Positions 1 through 9,135 of a stretch of 32,000 bases of DNA are shown in pieces; positions within the stretch are counted from its first letter, which is position 1, and each line of letters opens with the position of its first letter. The notes under the pieces are model-generated. The model was not told the origin of the DNA. It searched no databases and worked only from the letters and a program-made list of their open reading frames with translations. The position numbers and the translations under genes were made by a program. Where the stretch lies: the NCBI RefSeq assembly GCF_048629425.1, contig NZ_CP184532.1, forward strand, positions 413,398 through 445,397, in the 5' to 3' direction. Source of the DNA: Telmatobacter bradus (GTDB lineage: Bacteria > Acidobacteriota > Terriglobia > Terriglobales > Acidobacteriaceae).

Positions 1-62
1 ATCCTGGGAACGCGAGTTGGTCTACAACAATCGAAGAATAGATCGCTTGATAAACAAATTAG

Positions 63-1259
63 GGAACCTCTGAACAACCCCCTCCAAAACAACCCACAAC
101 AACGGATGCCCAGAAATAAATACGATCAGGCGTATCCAGCGTTGAAAAGTTGCTAAAAGTCGGTTGTCGTGCGGTGTCTATCGCGTGTCCTGAGGCCATT
201 TTCGGCCTCCAGACACACTACGCCCCCAGCGGGGCCTGATTCGGAATTAGCCGCTTGCGGTGTTGGTAGAGATTCACCAGCGCGAAGGCCGTCAGCAGCC
301 ACTCGTGATTCTTCTTGATGCCACGGTAGCGCACCTTGGTGTAATGAAATACGCGCTTCAAGATACGGAAAGGCCACTCCACCCGAGCGCGAACCTTGGA
401 CTTGGTGCGGTTCTTGCGCTTCTCTTCTTCGTCTACTTTGCCCTTGCTCTTCTTCACCCGCCGGTTGGTCATGTCCTGCGCCTGAGGAGCGGCCTCGTGG
501 ATCGCCTCGGTTTGCCCCTGATAACCGGCATCGCCCCAAACCTTTTTCTCATTGCCGTGTAGCAAGTCGGGCAGCATGTGTTTGTCGTGCACTGAGGCAG
601 CCGACGTGCACACCGAATGCACCACATTTTCCTTGCTATCAACGCCGATATGCGCCTTGGCCCCGAAGTAATACTGACCGCCCTTCTTGGTCTGGTGCAT
701 CTCCGGGTCGCGCTCCTTCTTCTCGTTCTTGGTCGAAGAAGGTGCAGAGATGATCGTGGCATCGACGATGGTGCCAGTCGAAATACGGATGCCCTGGCTG
801 GCCAGATACAGGTTCACCGTATCCAGAATCTTGCCGTTCAACTCGTGCTTTTCCAGTAGGTGGCGGAAGTTGAGGATGGTGGTTTCGTCTGGCGCGGCCG
901 CGCGACCGAGGTCGATTCCGGCAAAGCCGCGCAGCACCGGAGACTCGTAAAGAGCATCCTCTGCGCCAGGGTCCGACAAGTTGAACCAATCCTGGAGAAA
1001 GTAGATTCGCAGCATGATTCCGAGGCCAACGGGCTGACGTCCCTTGCCTGCCTTTGGGTAGAAAGGAGCAATCAATGCTTCAAGTTCTGACCAAGGAACG
1101 ATGGACTCCATCGAGGTGAGAAACGCCTCGCGGCGGCTCGTTCGTCCATACTTCTCAAAACTCGGCTGGCTGGCAAATGTTATCTGGCGCATCGCGTTCG
1201 CTATCCCTCTTCCATTTTATGAAAGAAGGGTGCGGATTTGCGACTTGTTCAGAGGTTCC
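63..1259 (-). mobile_element. IS5-family insertion sequence, complete (about 1197 bp)
   Basis: Perfect 15-bp terminal inverted repeats GGAACCTCTGAACAA (63-77) and TTGTTCAGAGGTTCC (1245-1259), flanked by TTAG (59-62 and 1260-1263), matching the 4-bp YTAR target duplication of IS5 elements; contains one DDE transposase ORF. Confidence 0.92.
218..1192 (-). CDS. IS5-family DDE transposase
   Basis: 324-aa ORF with TIVDATIISAPSSTKN, YYFGAKAHIGVD, VWGDAGYQG and NRTKSKVRARVEWPFRILKRVF motifs of IS5/IS1182-type transposases. Confidence 0.93.
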   Translation of the reverse strand: MRQITFASQPSFEKYGRTSRREAFLTSMESIVPWSELEALIAPFYPKAGKGRQPVGLGIMLRIYFLQDWFNLSDPGAEDALYESPVLRGFAGIDLGRAAAPDETTILNFRHLLEKHELNGKILDTVNLYLASQGIRISTGTIVDATIISAPSSTKNEKKERDPEMHQTKKGGQYYFGAKAHIGVDSKENVVHSVCTSAASVHDKHMLPDLLHGNEKKVWGDAGYQGQTEAIHEAAPQAQDMTNRRVKKSKGKVDEEEKRKNRTKSKVRARVEWPFRILKRVFHYTKVRYRGIKKNHEWLLTAFALVNLYQHRKRLIPNQAPLGA

Positions 1260-1428
1260 TTAGGTTGACGCTTGACTACTTGGTAGGTTCCGATCCTGGC
1301 ACTACCCAAGGACCGAAAATGTCGGCTTGCCTCTCTCGATGAACTACACTGATCAGATAAGGATTTGAGCCCAAGATTCACGGACATATCACGATTGGGT
1401 GGGCTCTTCTGATCTAACGGGAGCCGTC

Positions 1429-3162
1429 ATGTCGTTGATGCCAACCGATGAGTTCTTGAGGCTGTTCCCAATTCGATCTTCATCTCTGGCTTGGTTTCTT
1501 GGTGCTGGGGCCTCAGCGTCGGCGCGGCTTCCTACGGCCGGGGACCTGGTTTGGCGATTCAAACGTGCCCTCTATTGCACGAGCAAGAAGGTAGACCCGA
1601 AAACGTGTCAAGACCTCGGCAATGAGGTGGTACGGGAACGCTTGCAACACTTTTTTGACTCTGCTGGAAGATATCCAGCCATCAATTCGCCGGAAGAGTA
1701 CGCCACCTATTTTGAGCTGACTTATCCCGACCCCGCCGACAGACGACGTTTCCTCGAAAACATGTTGCATGGAGCCACGCCAGCCTACGGTCATCAAATT
1801 TTAGCGGCGCTGATGAAAACCGGCAATGTGCGGTTGGTATGGACGACAAACTTTGATCGGCTAGTCGAGGATGCTGCAGCGGCAGCCTTCGGATCAACGT
1901 CGGCGCTCACAGTATCCACGATTGACTCCAGCAGCATCGCGTTGCGCGCCCTGAACGAAGGACGCTGGCCTGTACTCGGGAAGTTACATGGTGACTTCCA
2001 ATCGGTAGCGCTCAAGAACACAACGGAAGAGCTGAAGACACAAGAGAGCGATCTGCGCGCGACTCTCGTTGAATCATGCAAGCGTTTTGGCTTAATTGTC
2101 GCAGGATACAGTGGGCGTGATGAAAGTGTAATGAACGCTCTGGAAGAGGCGGTTTTGCAGCCAAACGCTTTTCCCGCCGGACTGTTTTGGGCCACCAAAA
2201 CAGGATGGTCTGTGTATCACAGAGTAGAGACGTTGCTCGCCCGCGCAGTGAGCGCAGGTATACAGGCGTCTCTAATCGAGGTTGAGACGTTTGACGAGTT
2301 AATGGGAGATCTCGCGCAGCAAATTGAGAGTCTGCCTGTAGATCTACTGGGAACGCTCAACAAGATGCGGTCCAAAATATCGAACGTGCCGCTACCAGGG
2401 CCTGGCTCGAACTGGCCGGTCGTTCGCATGAACGCAATTCCGGTGCTCAGCTGGCCCAAGGAGTGCCGCAAATTCGACGCTAAGATCGGCGGCGCGCGGG
2501 ACGTAAGGCTGCTTCTGGAAACCACTACAGCTAATTTGGTTGCCGTTCGCTCGCAGCACGGCATTCTGGCATTTGGTGCCGATAGTGAAATCCAACGTGT
2601 CTTCGCCGACCACAATCCAGAGAAGTTGAACGTACACTCTATAGAGGTTAGGCGTTTGTGGAAAGAAACTAACGAACTGAACCTACTCCGCAGCGCACTG
2701 GTCAATGGCTTGGTGGAAGGCGCACCGTTTGTGGTGTGGTCTGGGCGAGGCGTGCATGAAATTCGCCCGGATGATTCTGCCACCATGGCACCGCGCCTCG
2801 CGCCTCTCCGAGAAAAGCTGAAAACCATTGCCGGGGTGATTCCTGGAACCAACGTGAGGTGGTCCGAGGCGGTCGCAATCCGGTTGGAGTATCGCTTGGG
2901 ACGACTTTGGATGCTGCTCGAACCGACAGTATGGTTTGGCAATGCCGCGTCGGACGAGGAGAGGTATGAGTGTGGCGAATTCGTCCGCGAGCGACAGGCG
3001 CGGCGGTATAACCGACTGGCCGATACCATTCTGAACGCCTGGCTCCAAGTACTCCTTCCGGGAACCGGCGATGCGGAAGTCCGTGCATTTACGGATGAAC
3101 CAGGAATGGAAGCCCGATTCACGTTTTCTCGACGTACAGCGTTTGCGAGGCGGAGTTCATGA
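1429..3162 (+). CDS. SIR2-APAZ protein (putative NAD(P)ase effector of a short pAgo system)
   Basis: SIR2-like motifs FLGAGASASARLPTAGDLV, VWTTNFDRLVEDA, VLGKLHGD, LIVAGYSGRDESV; C-terminal half without SIR2 similarity fits APAZ; located directly upstream of and overlapping a short PIWI gene. Track ORF starts at GTG 1399; ATG 1429 has upstream GGGAG. Confidence 0.88.
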   Translation: MSLMPTDEFLRLFPIRSSSLAWFLGAGASASARLPTAGDLVWRFKRALYCTSKKVDPKTCQDLGNEVVRERLQHFFDSAGRYPAINSPEEYATYFELTYPDPADRRRFLENMLHGATPAYGHQILAALMKTGNVRLVWTTNFDRLVEDAAAAAFGSTSALTVSTIDSSSIALRALNEGRWPVLGKLHGDFQSVALKNTTEELKTQESDLRATLVESCKRFGLIVAGYSGRDESVMNALEEAVLQPNAFPAGLFWATKTGWSVYHRVETLLARAVSAGIQASLIEVETFDELMGDLAQQIESLPVDLLGTLNKMRSKISNVPLPGPGSNWPVVRMNAIPVLSWPKECRKFDAKIGGARDVRLLLETTTANLVAVRSQHGILAFGADSEIQRVFADHNPEKLNVHSIEVRRLWKETNELNLLRSALVNGLVEGAPFVVWSGRGVHEIRPDDSATMAPRLAPLREKLKTIAGVIPGTNVRWSEAVAIRLEYRLGRLWMLLEPTVWFGNAASDEERYECGEFVRERQARRYNRLADTILNAWLQVLLPGTGDAEVRAFTDEPGMEARFTFSRRTAFARRSS

Positions 3163-4580
3163 AACCAGATATTGCAGCCATCTCCGGATACGGCAAGTCC
3201 AGTGAACCGCCCCTGCTATTCAGTCCTGAACGACAGGCCGACCGCGACATTCATCCTCTTCGGGGTTTAATGCAGTATGGACCCTACAGCAAGAACTTTA
3301 TCAACAAAGTCTTCGACCCCATCCGGGTTGCTACGATCTTTCCGGCTGGAATGAATACGCGGGTTCGCTCACTTTTCGATGAGTTCGAGCGCTCTCATAC
3401 TCCGCAGGAGCGCAAGGATTACCTGATTCCGTTTCCCGGCTTCCGGGCCGTATTCGGGGTGAGCCTCAAGCCAGCAGCAGGAGGATTGCACGCTGTCATC
3501 CCAGAAGATGCGGACGAAACCATCCACAACAGTCCGCATCCGCATATTGCACTCGCCCAACTCCTCACCGATGCCATGACCCGGCTAGATACCCGGAGGG
3601 GAGAATACGATGTGCTGCTCATCATGCTCCCTGATCGTTGGGAGTATGCCTTCGAAGGAGAAGACGATGGTTTTGACCTGCACGACTATATCAAGGCAAT
3701 CAATGCATCGCGCGGAACCCCGACACAATTTATCAACGAGAGCGGAGCACTAGACTACCGATGCCGTGCGAGCGTTATGTGGCGTCTAAGCATTGCTCTT
3801 TACTGCAAAGCAGGAGGTGTGCCGTGGAAGTTAGCGGACACCGATCCGACAGCAGCATTCATTGGCGTCAGCTATGCTATGAAGGTCGATGCCGTCGGCA
3901 AGGCTACGTTTGTGACCTGCTGCAGTCAGGTCTTCGATTCGGATGGGGCCGGGCTGGAGTTTGTAGCGCATGAAACCCGCGATGTGCACCAAGACGGAGA
4001 GAATCCATTTTTAAGCCGAAGCGAGATGCGGAGGATAATGGCGCGGAGCCTCAGCCTCTATCAGAGGAGACATGGCGGCCAGTCTCCGCAGAAGATCAGC
4101 GTTCATAAAACTACCGAGTTCAAAAAAGACGAGGTTGAAGGCTGCTTCGACGCCTTCGATTCCATTTCTGGCGTCGATCTCTATCAGATTAAACAGAAGG
4201 TTCCGTGGCATGGCTTTCTCTATGAGAATTCGTCATCCGCTGCGGCCTATCCTTGTGAACGCGGGATTTTCATTCCCATCGACGAACGGGAGGTTCTGGT
4301 TTGGACGCAGGGCGATGTACCCCAAGCGTCCACCAGTAAGCATTTCTACAAAGAAGGAAAAGGCATTCCTCACCCAATCGCGCTACGGCGATTTGCAGGT
4401 CACGGGAGCTGGGATGCGCCGGTGCAATCAATCCTGGGACTGACCAAGATGAATTGGAATAACGATCAACTGTACGACCGTTTACCAATCACTCTGCAAT
4501 ATGCAAGTAAGCTCGCTGGAACAATGAAGTCCATGCCGATCATATCGTCGCGACCGTATGAATTTCGATTGTTTATTTGA
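3159..4580 (+). CDS. Short prokaryotic Argonaute (MID-PIWI, catalytically inactive type)
   Basis: 473 aa; PIWI-like layout with ADTDPTAAFIGVSYAM, FVTCCSQVFDSDGAGLEFV, RRHGGQSPQKISVHKTTEFKKDEVEG, YPCERGIFIPIDEREVLVWTQGD, HPIALRRFAGHGSWDAPVQSILGLTKMNWNNDQLYDRLPITLQYASKLA. Expected catalytic Asp replaced (IGVSYA). Overlaps the SIR2-APAZ stop by ATGA. Confidence 0.87.
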   Translation: MKPDIAAISGYGKSSEPPLLFSPERQADRDIHPLRGLMQYGPYSKNFINKVFDPIRVATIFPAGMNTRVRSLFDEFERSHTPQERKDYLIPFPGFRAVFGVSLKPAAGGLHAVIPEDADETIHNSPHPHIALAQLLTDAMTRLDTRRGEYDVLLIMLPDRWEYAFEGEDDGFDLHDYIKAINASRGTPTQFINESGALDYRCRASVMWRLSIALYCKAGGVPWKLADTDPTAAFIGVSYAMKVDAVGKATFVTCCSQVFDSDGAGLEFVAHETRDVHQDGENPFLSRSEMRRIMARSLSLYQRRHGGQSPQKISVHKTTEFKKDEVEGCFDAFDSISGVDLYQIKQKVPWHGFLYENSSSAAAYPCERGIFIPIDEREVLVWTQGDVPQASTSKHFYKEGKGIPHPIALRRFAGHGSWDAPVQSILGLTKMNWNNDQLYDRLPITLQYASKLAGTMKSMPIISSRPYEFRLFI

Positions 4581-4722
4581 GCCTAATCCTTCGCACCTTG
4601 ATTAGAAACGAAAAACGCCGATGTAGCTGGAATGGATATTGGGCTTACGCACAATCGTAATGTCACCCGTTGGGAACTCCATCCGGTTTTGAGGGACGGC
4701 GTTTTCCGGAGATTCAACCACC

Positions 4723-5937
4723 TCATACTTTTTGTCGATTCCCGATAGATTCGATGACATATTTTAGTTGGTTGTCCTTGTCTGCTCGTGCTTTTTGCCA
4801 TTCGAAACCAACCTGTTCGTCCGGCTCGATAGGCGTGCCTTCAAGTACCGTGCCATTCCATGTGTAGTAGGCGCCAGTAGGCAATGCCAGCCGAAATCCC
4901 TGGCCTACCTTCACCGATGTTGCGGACAGGAGCTTGCCAGCGGTCTTTTCACCGACGATCCTGGCCAGATTGTTCTCCCGCGCGAACGCTACAATCATCT
5001 CGGCTGCGCTTGCAGTATGGCGGTTCACGAGGATGGTCACCCTTCCGTGGAACTCCTTGCGGCCCAGCCCTTCAGTCTCAAGGACGATGGGCGTCTTGGC
5101 CAGCATTGCCGGCGCAAATTTCAAAGCAAGCGGCCAGAGGGACTTCTTGGAAGTGGGAATAGCATTAAACCGCCGAAATCGCGGCTTCTCCGAATCCAGA
5201 TTGGGCTTGACACGCTTTTTATCGAGGGCGAACCCTACGGGAATCCTGTCGGGCGTGAGCAGGCTCATGATACGAAGGGCTCCGATCCCTCCTCCGGTAT
5301 TCCCGCGGAGGTCGATGATGAGGCTGTCGATCTTTCCCAACCCCTCAACGGCACACGAGATTTCGTTGGCCACTTCGACGCCGACCTGCCCAGGGAACAT
5401 CGCGACCTTCAGGTAGCCAAGGCCGTCTTCGAGATGGCGCGCCTCAACCAGCGTCGGCTCGACAAAGTGGAGTTTCTTTCCCTTGGGCCGCGCCACATCG
5501 ACCGCTACAACGCGCCGCTGATCGTCGCTGCCAACAATCTCCAGACTGGTCTGCTTGCCCATCGCAAAGACAGGATGCTCCGGCGGGGTAATCTCGCGAC
5601 CATCCACACTGAGAAGAATATCCCCTGACTTGATTCCGGCATTTGATGCTGCGCCGCCTGAGTGAACATCCTGAAATATCCAACGCTTGCCGAAAGGCGT
5701 CTCGTCGGCAAGGTAGGTTGCGCTCAGAGCGGCGCGGCTGGAAGCCCTGCGGGCGCTGCCGTGAAAGAAGCCCAGATGCGAGGTATGCAACTCTGCCAAC
5801 AAATCAGTCATGGCCTGCTCAAAGCCATCTGGCGTGCTGGCCGCTTCAATCAATGGCCGGTGGTGATCGACAGCGGCGCGCCAATCGCCATTCAACTTTT
5901 CAGGTTTATAGAAACGCTTGTCCAGGGCAGCCAGCAC
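4723..5937 (-). CDS. S41-family C-terminal processing peptidase with PDZ domain (5' end probably altered)
   Basis: PDZ-like NAGIKSGDILLSVDGREI; LIIDLRGNTGGGIGALRIMSLL; TILVNRHTASAAEMIVAFARENNLARIVGEKTAGKLL carries the S41 Ser motif. Confidence 0.8.
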   Translation of the reverse strand: MLAALDKRFYKPEKLNGDWRAAVDHHRPLIEAASTPDGFEQAMTDLLAELHTSHLGFFHGSARRASSRAALSATYLADETPFGKRWIFQDVHSGGAASNAGIKSGDILLSVDGREITPPEHPVFAMGKQTSLEIVGSDDQRRVVAVDVARPKGKKLHFVEPTLVEARHLEDGLGYLKVAMFPGQVGVEVANEISCAVEGLGKIDSLIIDLRGNTGGGIGALRIMSLLTPDRIPVGFALDKKRVKPNLDSEKPRFRRFNAIPTSKKSLWPLALKFAPAMLAKTPIVLETEGLGRKEFHGRVTILVNRHTASAAEMIVAFARENNLARIVGEKTAGKLLSATSVKVGQGFRLALPTGAYYTWNGTVLEGTPIEPDEQVGFEWQKARADKDNQLKYVIESIGNRQKV

Positions 5938-7571
5938 ATTGTCGAGAATGGCGCGGCGGTCGCGTTGGGAAATGCAAGCGCGTAGGAGTGAGGGTTGTCC
6001 AGAACATACACCACCAAAAGCTCAGAGGGGCGGAGTTCGCGCTGGAGTTGGCCAAGATCAACCGGCTCTGGCGCTTTGCCTCCTGCGGTCGAATCTGTAT
6101 CGATCTGTAGTTCCGTATCATAGATGGAGTCAAGGATGTGCCTTCTGGCTGTCGAATCGTCGGTATTGAGCAAGTCGATGTTCAACTTCGTCAATCGCTG
6201 CTCGGCGGGAGTCAGTTCGTGTGGCGTCACCACCTCATGGTGCGCCAAGGACTGCGCCTCGACTCGCCCGCGGGCACGCTCGATCACGCGAAACGCGTCC
6301 GCTGTCCTGCCCTGATCGCATAGGAACTCGAAATATCCTGAGTAAACCTTACTGAGATCGGCAAGCAGTTGGCGTTCGACGGTTGGCGTCGGCACTCTAC
6401 TGAGCAGTGCGTCGAGCATGTCGGCGCTCTTCTCATACAGAATGATTGAGGACTTGCTGTCCCCAAGGCGAACCATGATTTCTGCCTTGATTGCAAGATC
6501 ACGTGGGACAAAGTACAGCTCATCGGGGATTTGTTCGTTGGATGCAATGGCCTCGTTGATTGCAATCAATGCCGGTTGCAACGCTCCTTGATGCAGGTAT
6601 GCCGCTGCAAGTGAGCCGTCAACCTGCGTCAAGCCGCGCCAGTACGAAAGTTGTTTGGCGTACTGAACGGCCTGACCGTAATCGGTCACTGCTTGATCCC
6701 ATTGGCCCATTCTCTCGTAGACGCCAGCTCTGGTCTGGTAAAGCTCATAGAGATGCCCGGCAAGGTGGTAGCCGCTCACTCGCCGCATCTCTTCACTGGC
6801 CAGCGCCAGAGCTTCCTTGTTCTCCCCAAGGCCACTGAGGGCCTCGACCTTGGCCGTAATGGCAATCGTCGGATACGCCACGCCGCGGGTCTTCTTGGCA
6901 ACCTTGATGGCTTCATCGAGCGGTCCAAGCGCCTCCTTGTACTTGCGCATTTCCACCAGGCCAGCGCCGTACATACTGGCGTATCGAATGTGAGCTCCTG
7001 GGTCGGCGGTCTTCGCAACGAACCATGCCTTAACCACTTTCTTCTTCGCTGTAGCAATGTCGCCGAGCAAGAATGCGGCAATTCCTTGCTCGCCCATTGC
7101 CCTGGACGCCAGCAGGTAATGGTGTCGGCGGATTGCCAGTGCCTCCACATCAGCCCATGTCTTCCGTGCCATCCCGGCGTCATAATTCACTTCGAGCATT
7201 CCGAGGACGGTCAGAACGCGAAGCCTGGTCTCTGGCTCCTGCGCCTCTGGCAGCGCCAGATCATGCGTCAACAACGCGATCTGCGCGGGGACGCTCGTTG
7301 ACGACTCGCTGTGTGCCGGCATTTCGCTGACCCGCGCGTAGAGCGCCTGCGAGAGCTGGCGTCTCTGGGTGAAGTGACTTTCCGCTTGTCGGTAAAGAGG
7401 TTCGGCCTCAATCCAGCTATTGAGCCACGACATCTCGTCGGCTCGCGCAACGATCGCCTCGGGAGAGACAAGATTCCTCCAGTGGAGGACTTCGCATCCG
7501 ACCACACCCAACAGGGCGACCAGCAGCAAACCGGCAGCAATGCGAAAGGAGGGGAGGAAAGCGATTCGCAT
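5892..7571 (-). CDS. TPR-repeat protein with truncated CHAT-domain start, lipoprotein-like N-terminus
   Basis: Repeated TPR units; VIERARGRVEAQSLAHHE linker typical upstream of CHAT; ...LQRELRPSELLVVYVLDNPHSYALAF then ends abruptly. N-terminus MRIAFLPSFRIAAGLLLVALLGVVGCE. Confidence 0.7.
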   Translation of the reverse strand: MRIAFLPSFRIAAGLLLVALLGVVGCEVLHWRNLVSPEAIVARADEMSWLNSWIEAEPLYRQAESHFTQRRQLSQALYARVSEMPAHSESSTSVPAQIALLTHDLALPEAQEPETRLRVLTVLGMLEVNYDAGMARKTWADVEALAIRRHHYLLASRAMGEQGIAAFLLGDIATAKKKVVKAWFVAKTADPGAHIRYASMYGAGLVEMRKYKEALGPLDEAIKVAKKTRGVAYPTIAITAKVEALSGLGENKEALALASEEMRRVSGYHLAGHLYELYQTRAGVYERMGQWDQAVTDYGQAVQYAKQLSYWRGLTQVDGSLAAAYLHQGALQPALIAINEAIASNEQIPDELYFVPRDLAIKAEIMVRLGDSKSSIILYEKSADMLDALLSRVPTPTVERQLLADLSKVYSGYFEFLCDQGRTADAFRVIERARGRVEAQSLAHHEVVTPHELTPAEQRLTKLNIDLLNTDDSTARRHILDSIYDTELQIDTDSTAGGKAPEPVDLGQLQRELRPSELLVVYVLDNPHSYALAFPNATAAPFSTMCWLPWTSVSINLKS

Positions 7572-7784
7572 AACGCCTCGTTCACTTTGGACGTTCAGTT
7601 TGCCAGAAAGTGAGAGGCAGGACAAGACTGACTGACACACCCTTGTTGCGCGTGACAATCAGACGGCCGCGTTAAAATCCGTAGGTGTTGAGGATCGTGT
7701 TGGAAAAAGTTTGGCGGAAATGAGAATGATGGCTGAGTCTGAATTGAGCACCACACAGTTGGGCAAGGTATGGTTGGGGAAACT

Positions 7785-8366
7785 TTAGAGACCGTTCTGC
7801 TCTGTTGCCGCGGGGGCCATGCCGCGGTCCTCGCGGATCGCATCAACCCACAACTGCATGGTCAGATCCTCCCTCTTGGGAACACCGAGTTGCCAGCGTA
7901 ACTCAGTTGTGTAACGCTCACGAAGAATGTCGAGGTCAAAGGGAATGCTTCGCGCCAGGAAGCGAACGTCGTCGCGGTCTTTCTGGCTGTTTCTTTCGAG
8001 TTTCGATAGGGCCAGGTCGTAGGGGTCGAGCGCCATCAGATGGAGGTTGCGGTAGGCACCGGGGAACATCTCGGCAAGACGATCCTCGTAGCTCTCCGGG
8101 ATGGCGGCGACCGCCACGCGGTCAAGATAGATGTGGTACCTCTGATGCAGCGGCCCGCCGCGAATGCCAAGTTCCATTATGGTCTCTGCGGCGCTGCGTG
8201 GCGCAAGCTCGATGACATCGACATCCGCTGTCGGCCGCTCCAGTCCATAGAGCAATGTGACGACGAAACCGCCAATGCAGTCGAGACGCACGGTCGTATC
8301 GACTGCCTCATCCAACTCCCTGAAGAAGGAGTTCCACGGTTCCGGCGGCCGGTTAGAGGACGACAT
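7785..8366 (-). CDS. DUF6036-type (AbiEii-like) nucleotidyltransferase-fold protein, putative toxin partner
   Basis: 193 aa; LDCIGGFVVTLLYGLERPTADVDVIEL and DPYDLALSKLERNSQKDRDDVRFLA motifs. Confidence 0.7.
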   Translation of the reverse strand: MSSSNRPPEPWNSFFRELDEAVDTTVRLDCIGGFVVTLLYGLERPTADVDVIELAPRSAAETIMELGIRGGPLHQRYHIYLDRVAVAAIPESYEDRLAEMFPGAYRNLHLMALDPYDLALSKLERNSQKDRDDVRFLARSIPFDLDILRERYTTELRWQLGVPKREDLTMQLWVDAIREDRGMAPAATEQNGL

Positions 8367-9039
8367 GATCGAGTTGCTCTACGGTAAGGTCTGTCAGCAG
8401 ATTCCAGTGTCCGGCCGACTTCGGTCGATGCTCGCGCAACCAAGCCCGCTCGGCGCGTGTCATAGATTCTCTGCATAGAGTATCTTCTTTCACCAGGCGG
8501 GAGGGCTCCAGCTTAGCGACGTGGTTGGCCAGTTCCTCTTCCAACTGGGAGCTTCCACTTCTCGCGGCGGCCTGCCGCGCCAGCTCGACTACAAACCCCA
8601 GCCGGTTCTGGCGATCCCGCAGCTTTGCATTCGCGGTCAGCCAATCCCAGTTCAGATTCGGATAGGCCATAGGCAGCCATGCCAGCGCCTCTGTGACTCG
8701 CGAATCCAGATCGTCCGAGTCTAGAGCCTCCATCAGAACTTCCACCGGATTCAATCGGGCTGAACCGCGCAGATAGGCAAAGCCCGGATAGCCCAGACTT
8801 CCCAGTATCGACTGGAAGAAGCCGGCGTCGCGCGCGCGTTTCTGGTATTCCGTGAGCGGGAGCGCCGTGGCCGGAACCTCGAAGACTTCTACGAATTTTG
8901 AGGCAAGTTCTGAGGAGACAGCCCGCTCACCCCGCTCGACCATCGACAGATAGGCCTGGGTCACGCCGAGCCGAGCGGCGGCTTGGGCTTGCGTCCAGGC
9001 GGACGCCTTACGGGCGTTTTTGAGTTCGTCGCCTGTCAT
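8353..9039 (-). CDS. XRE-family HTH regulator, putative antitoxin
   Basis: MTGDELKNARKASAWTQAQAAARLGVTQAYLSMVERGER is a canonical Xre/Cro HTH; 3' end overlaps the downstream nucleotidyltransferase gene by 14 nt. Confidence 0.85.
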   Translation of the reverse strand: MTGDELKNARKASAWTQAQAAARLGVTQAYLSMVERGERAVSSELASKFVEVFEVPATALPLTEYQKRARDAGFFQSILGSLGYPGFAYLRGSARLNPVEVLMEALDSDDLDSRVTEALAWLPMAYPNLNWDWLTANAKLRDRQNRLGFVVELARQAAARSGSSQLEEELANHVAKLEPSRLVKEDTLCRESMTRAERAWLREHRPKSAGHWNLLTDLTVEQLDHVVL

Positions 9040-9044
9040 GTATT

Positions 9045-9069
9045 GAATATAACATATACTGTTATATTC
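9045..9069. promoter_or_regulatory. Palindromic operator-like site upstream of the XRE gene
   Basis: Perfect 9-bp inverted repeat GAATATAAC (9045-9053) - 7 nt - GTTATATTC (9061-9069), AT-rich, 5 nt upstream of the putative ATG. Confidence 0.7.
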
Positions 9070-9135
9070 GTGCGATAATTCTGAACTCATGGCAAGGTCA
9101 CTGTTTGCATCTGTTTGTAAATACAGTAGATATAG

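Noticed and set aside
1399-1428. GTG 1399 as start of the SIR2-APAZ gene
   Set aside because: ATG 1429 has a better ribosome-binding-like sequence (GGGAG) and gives an N-terminus closer to the SIR2 core.
6651-7301. 216-aa plus-strand ORF
   Set aside because: Antisense to the TPR protein gene, which has convincing TPR periodicity.
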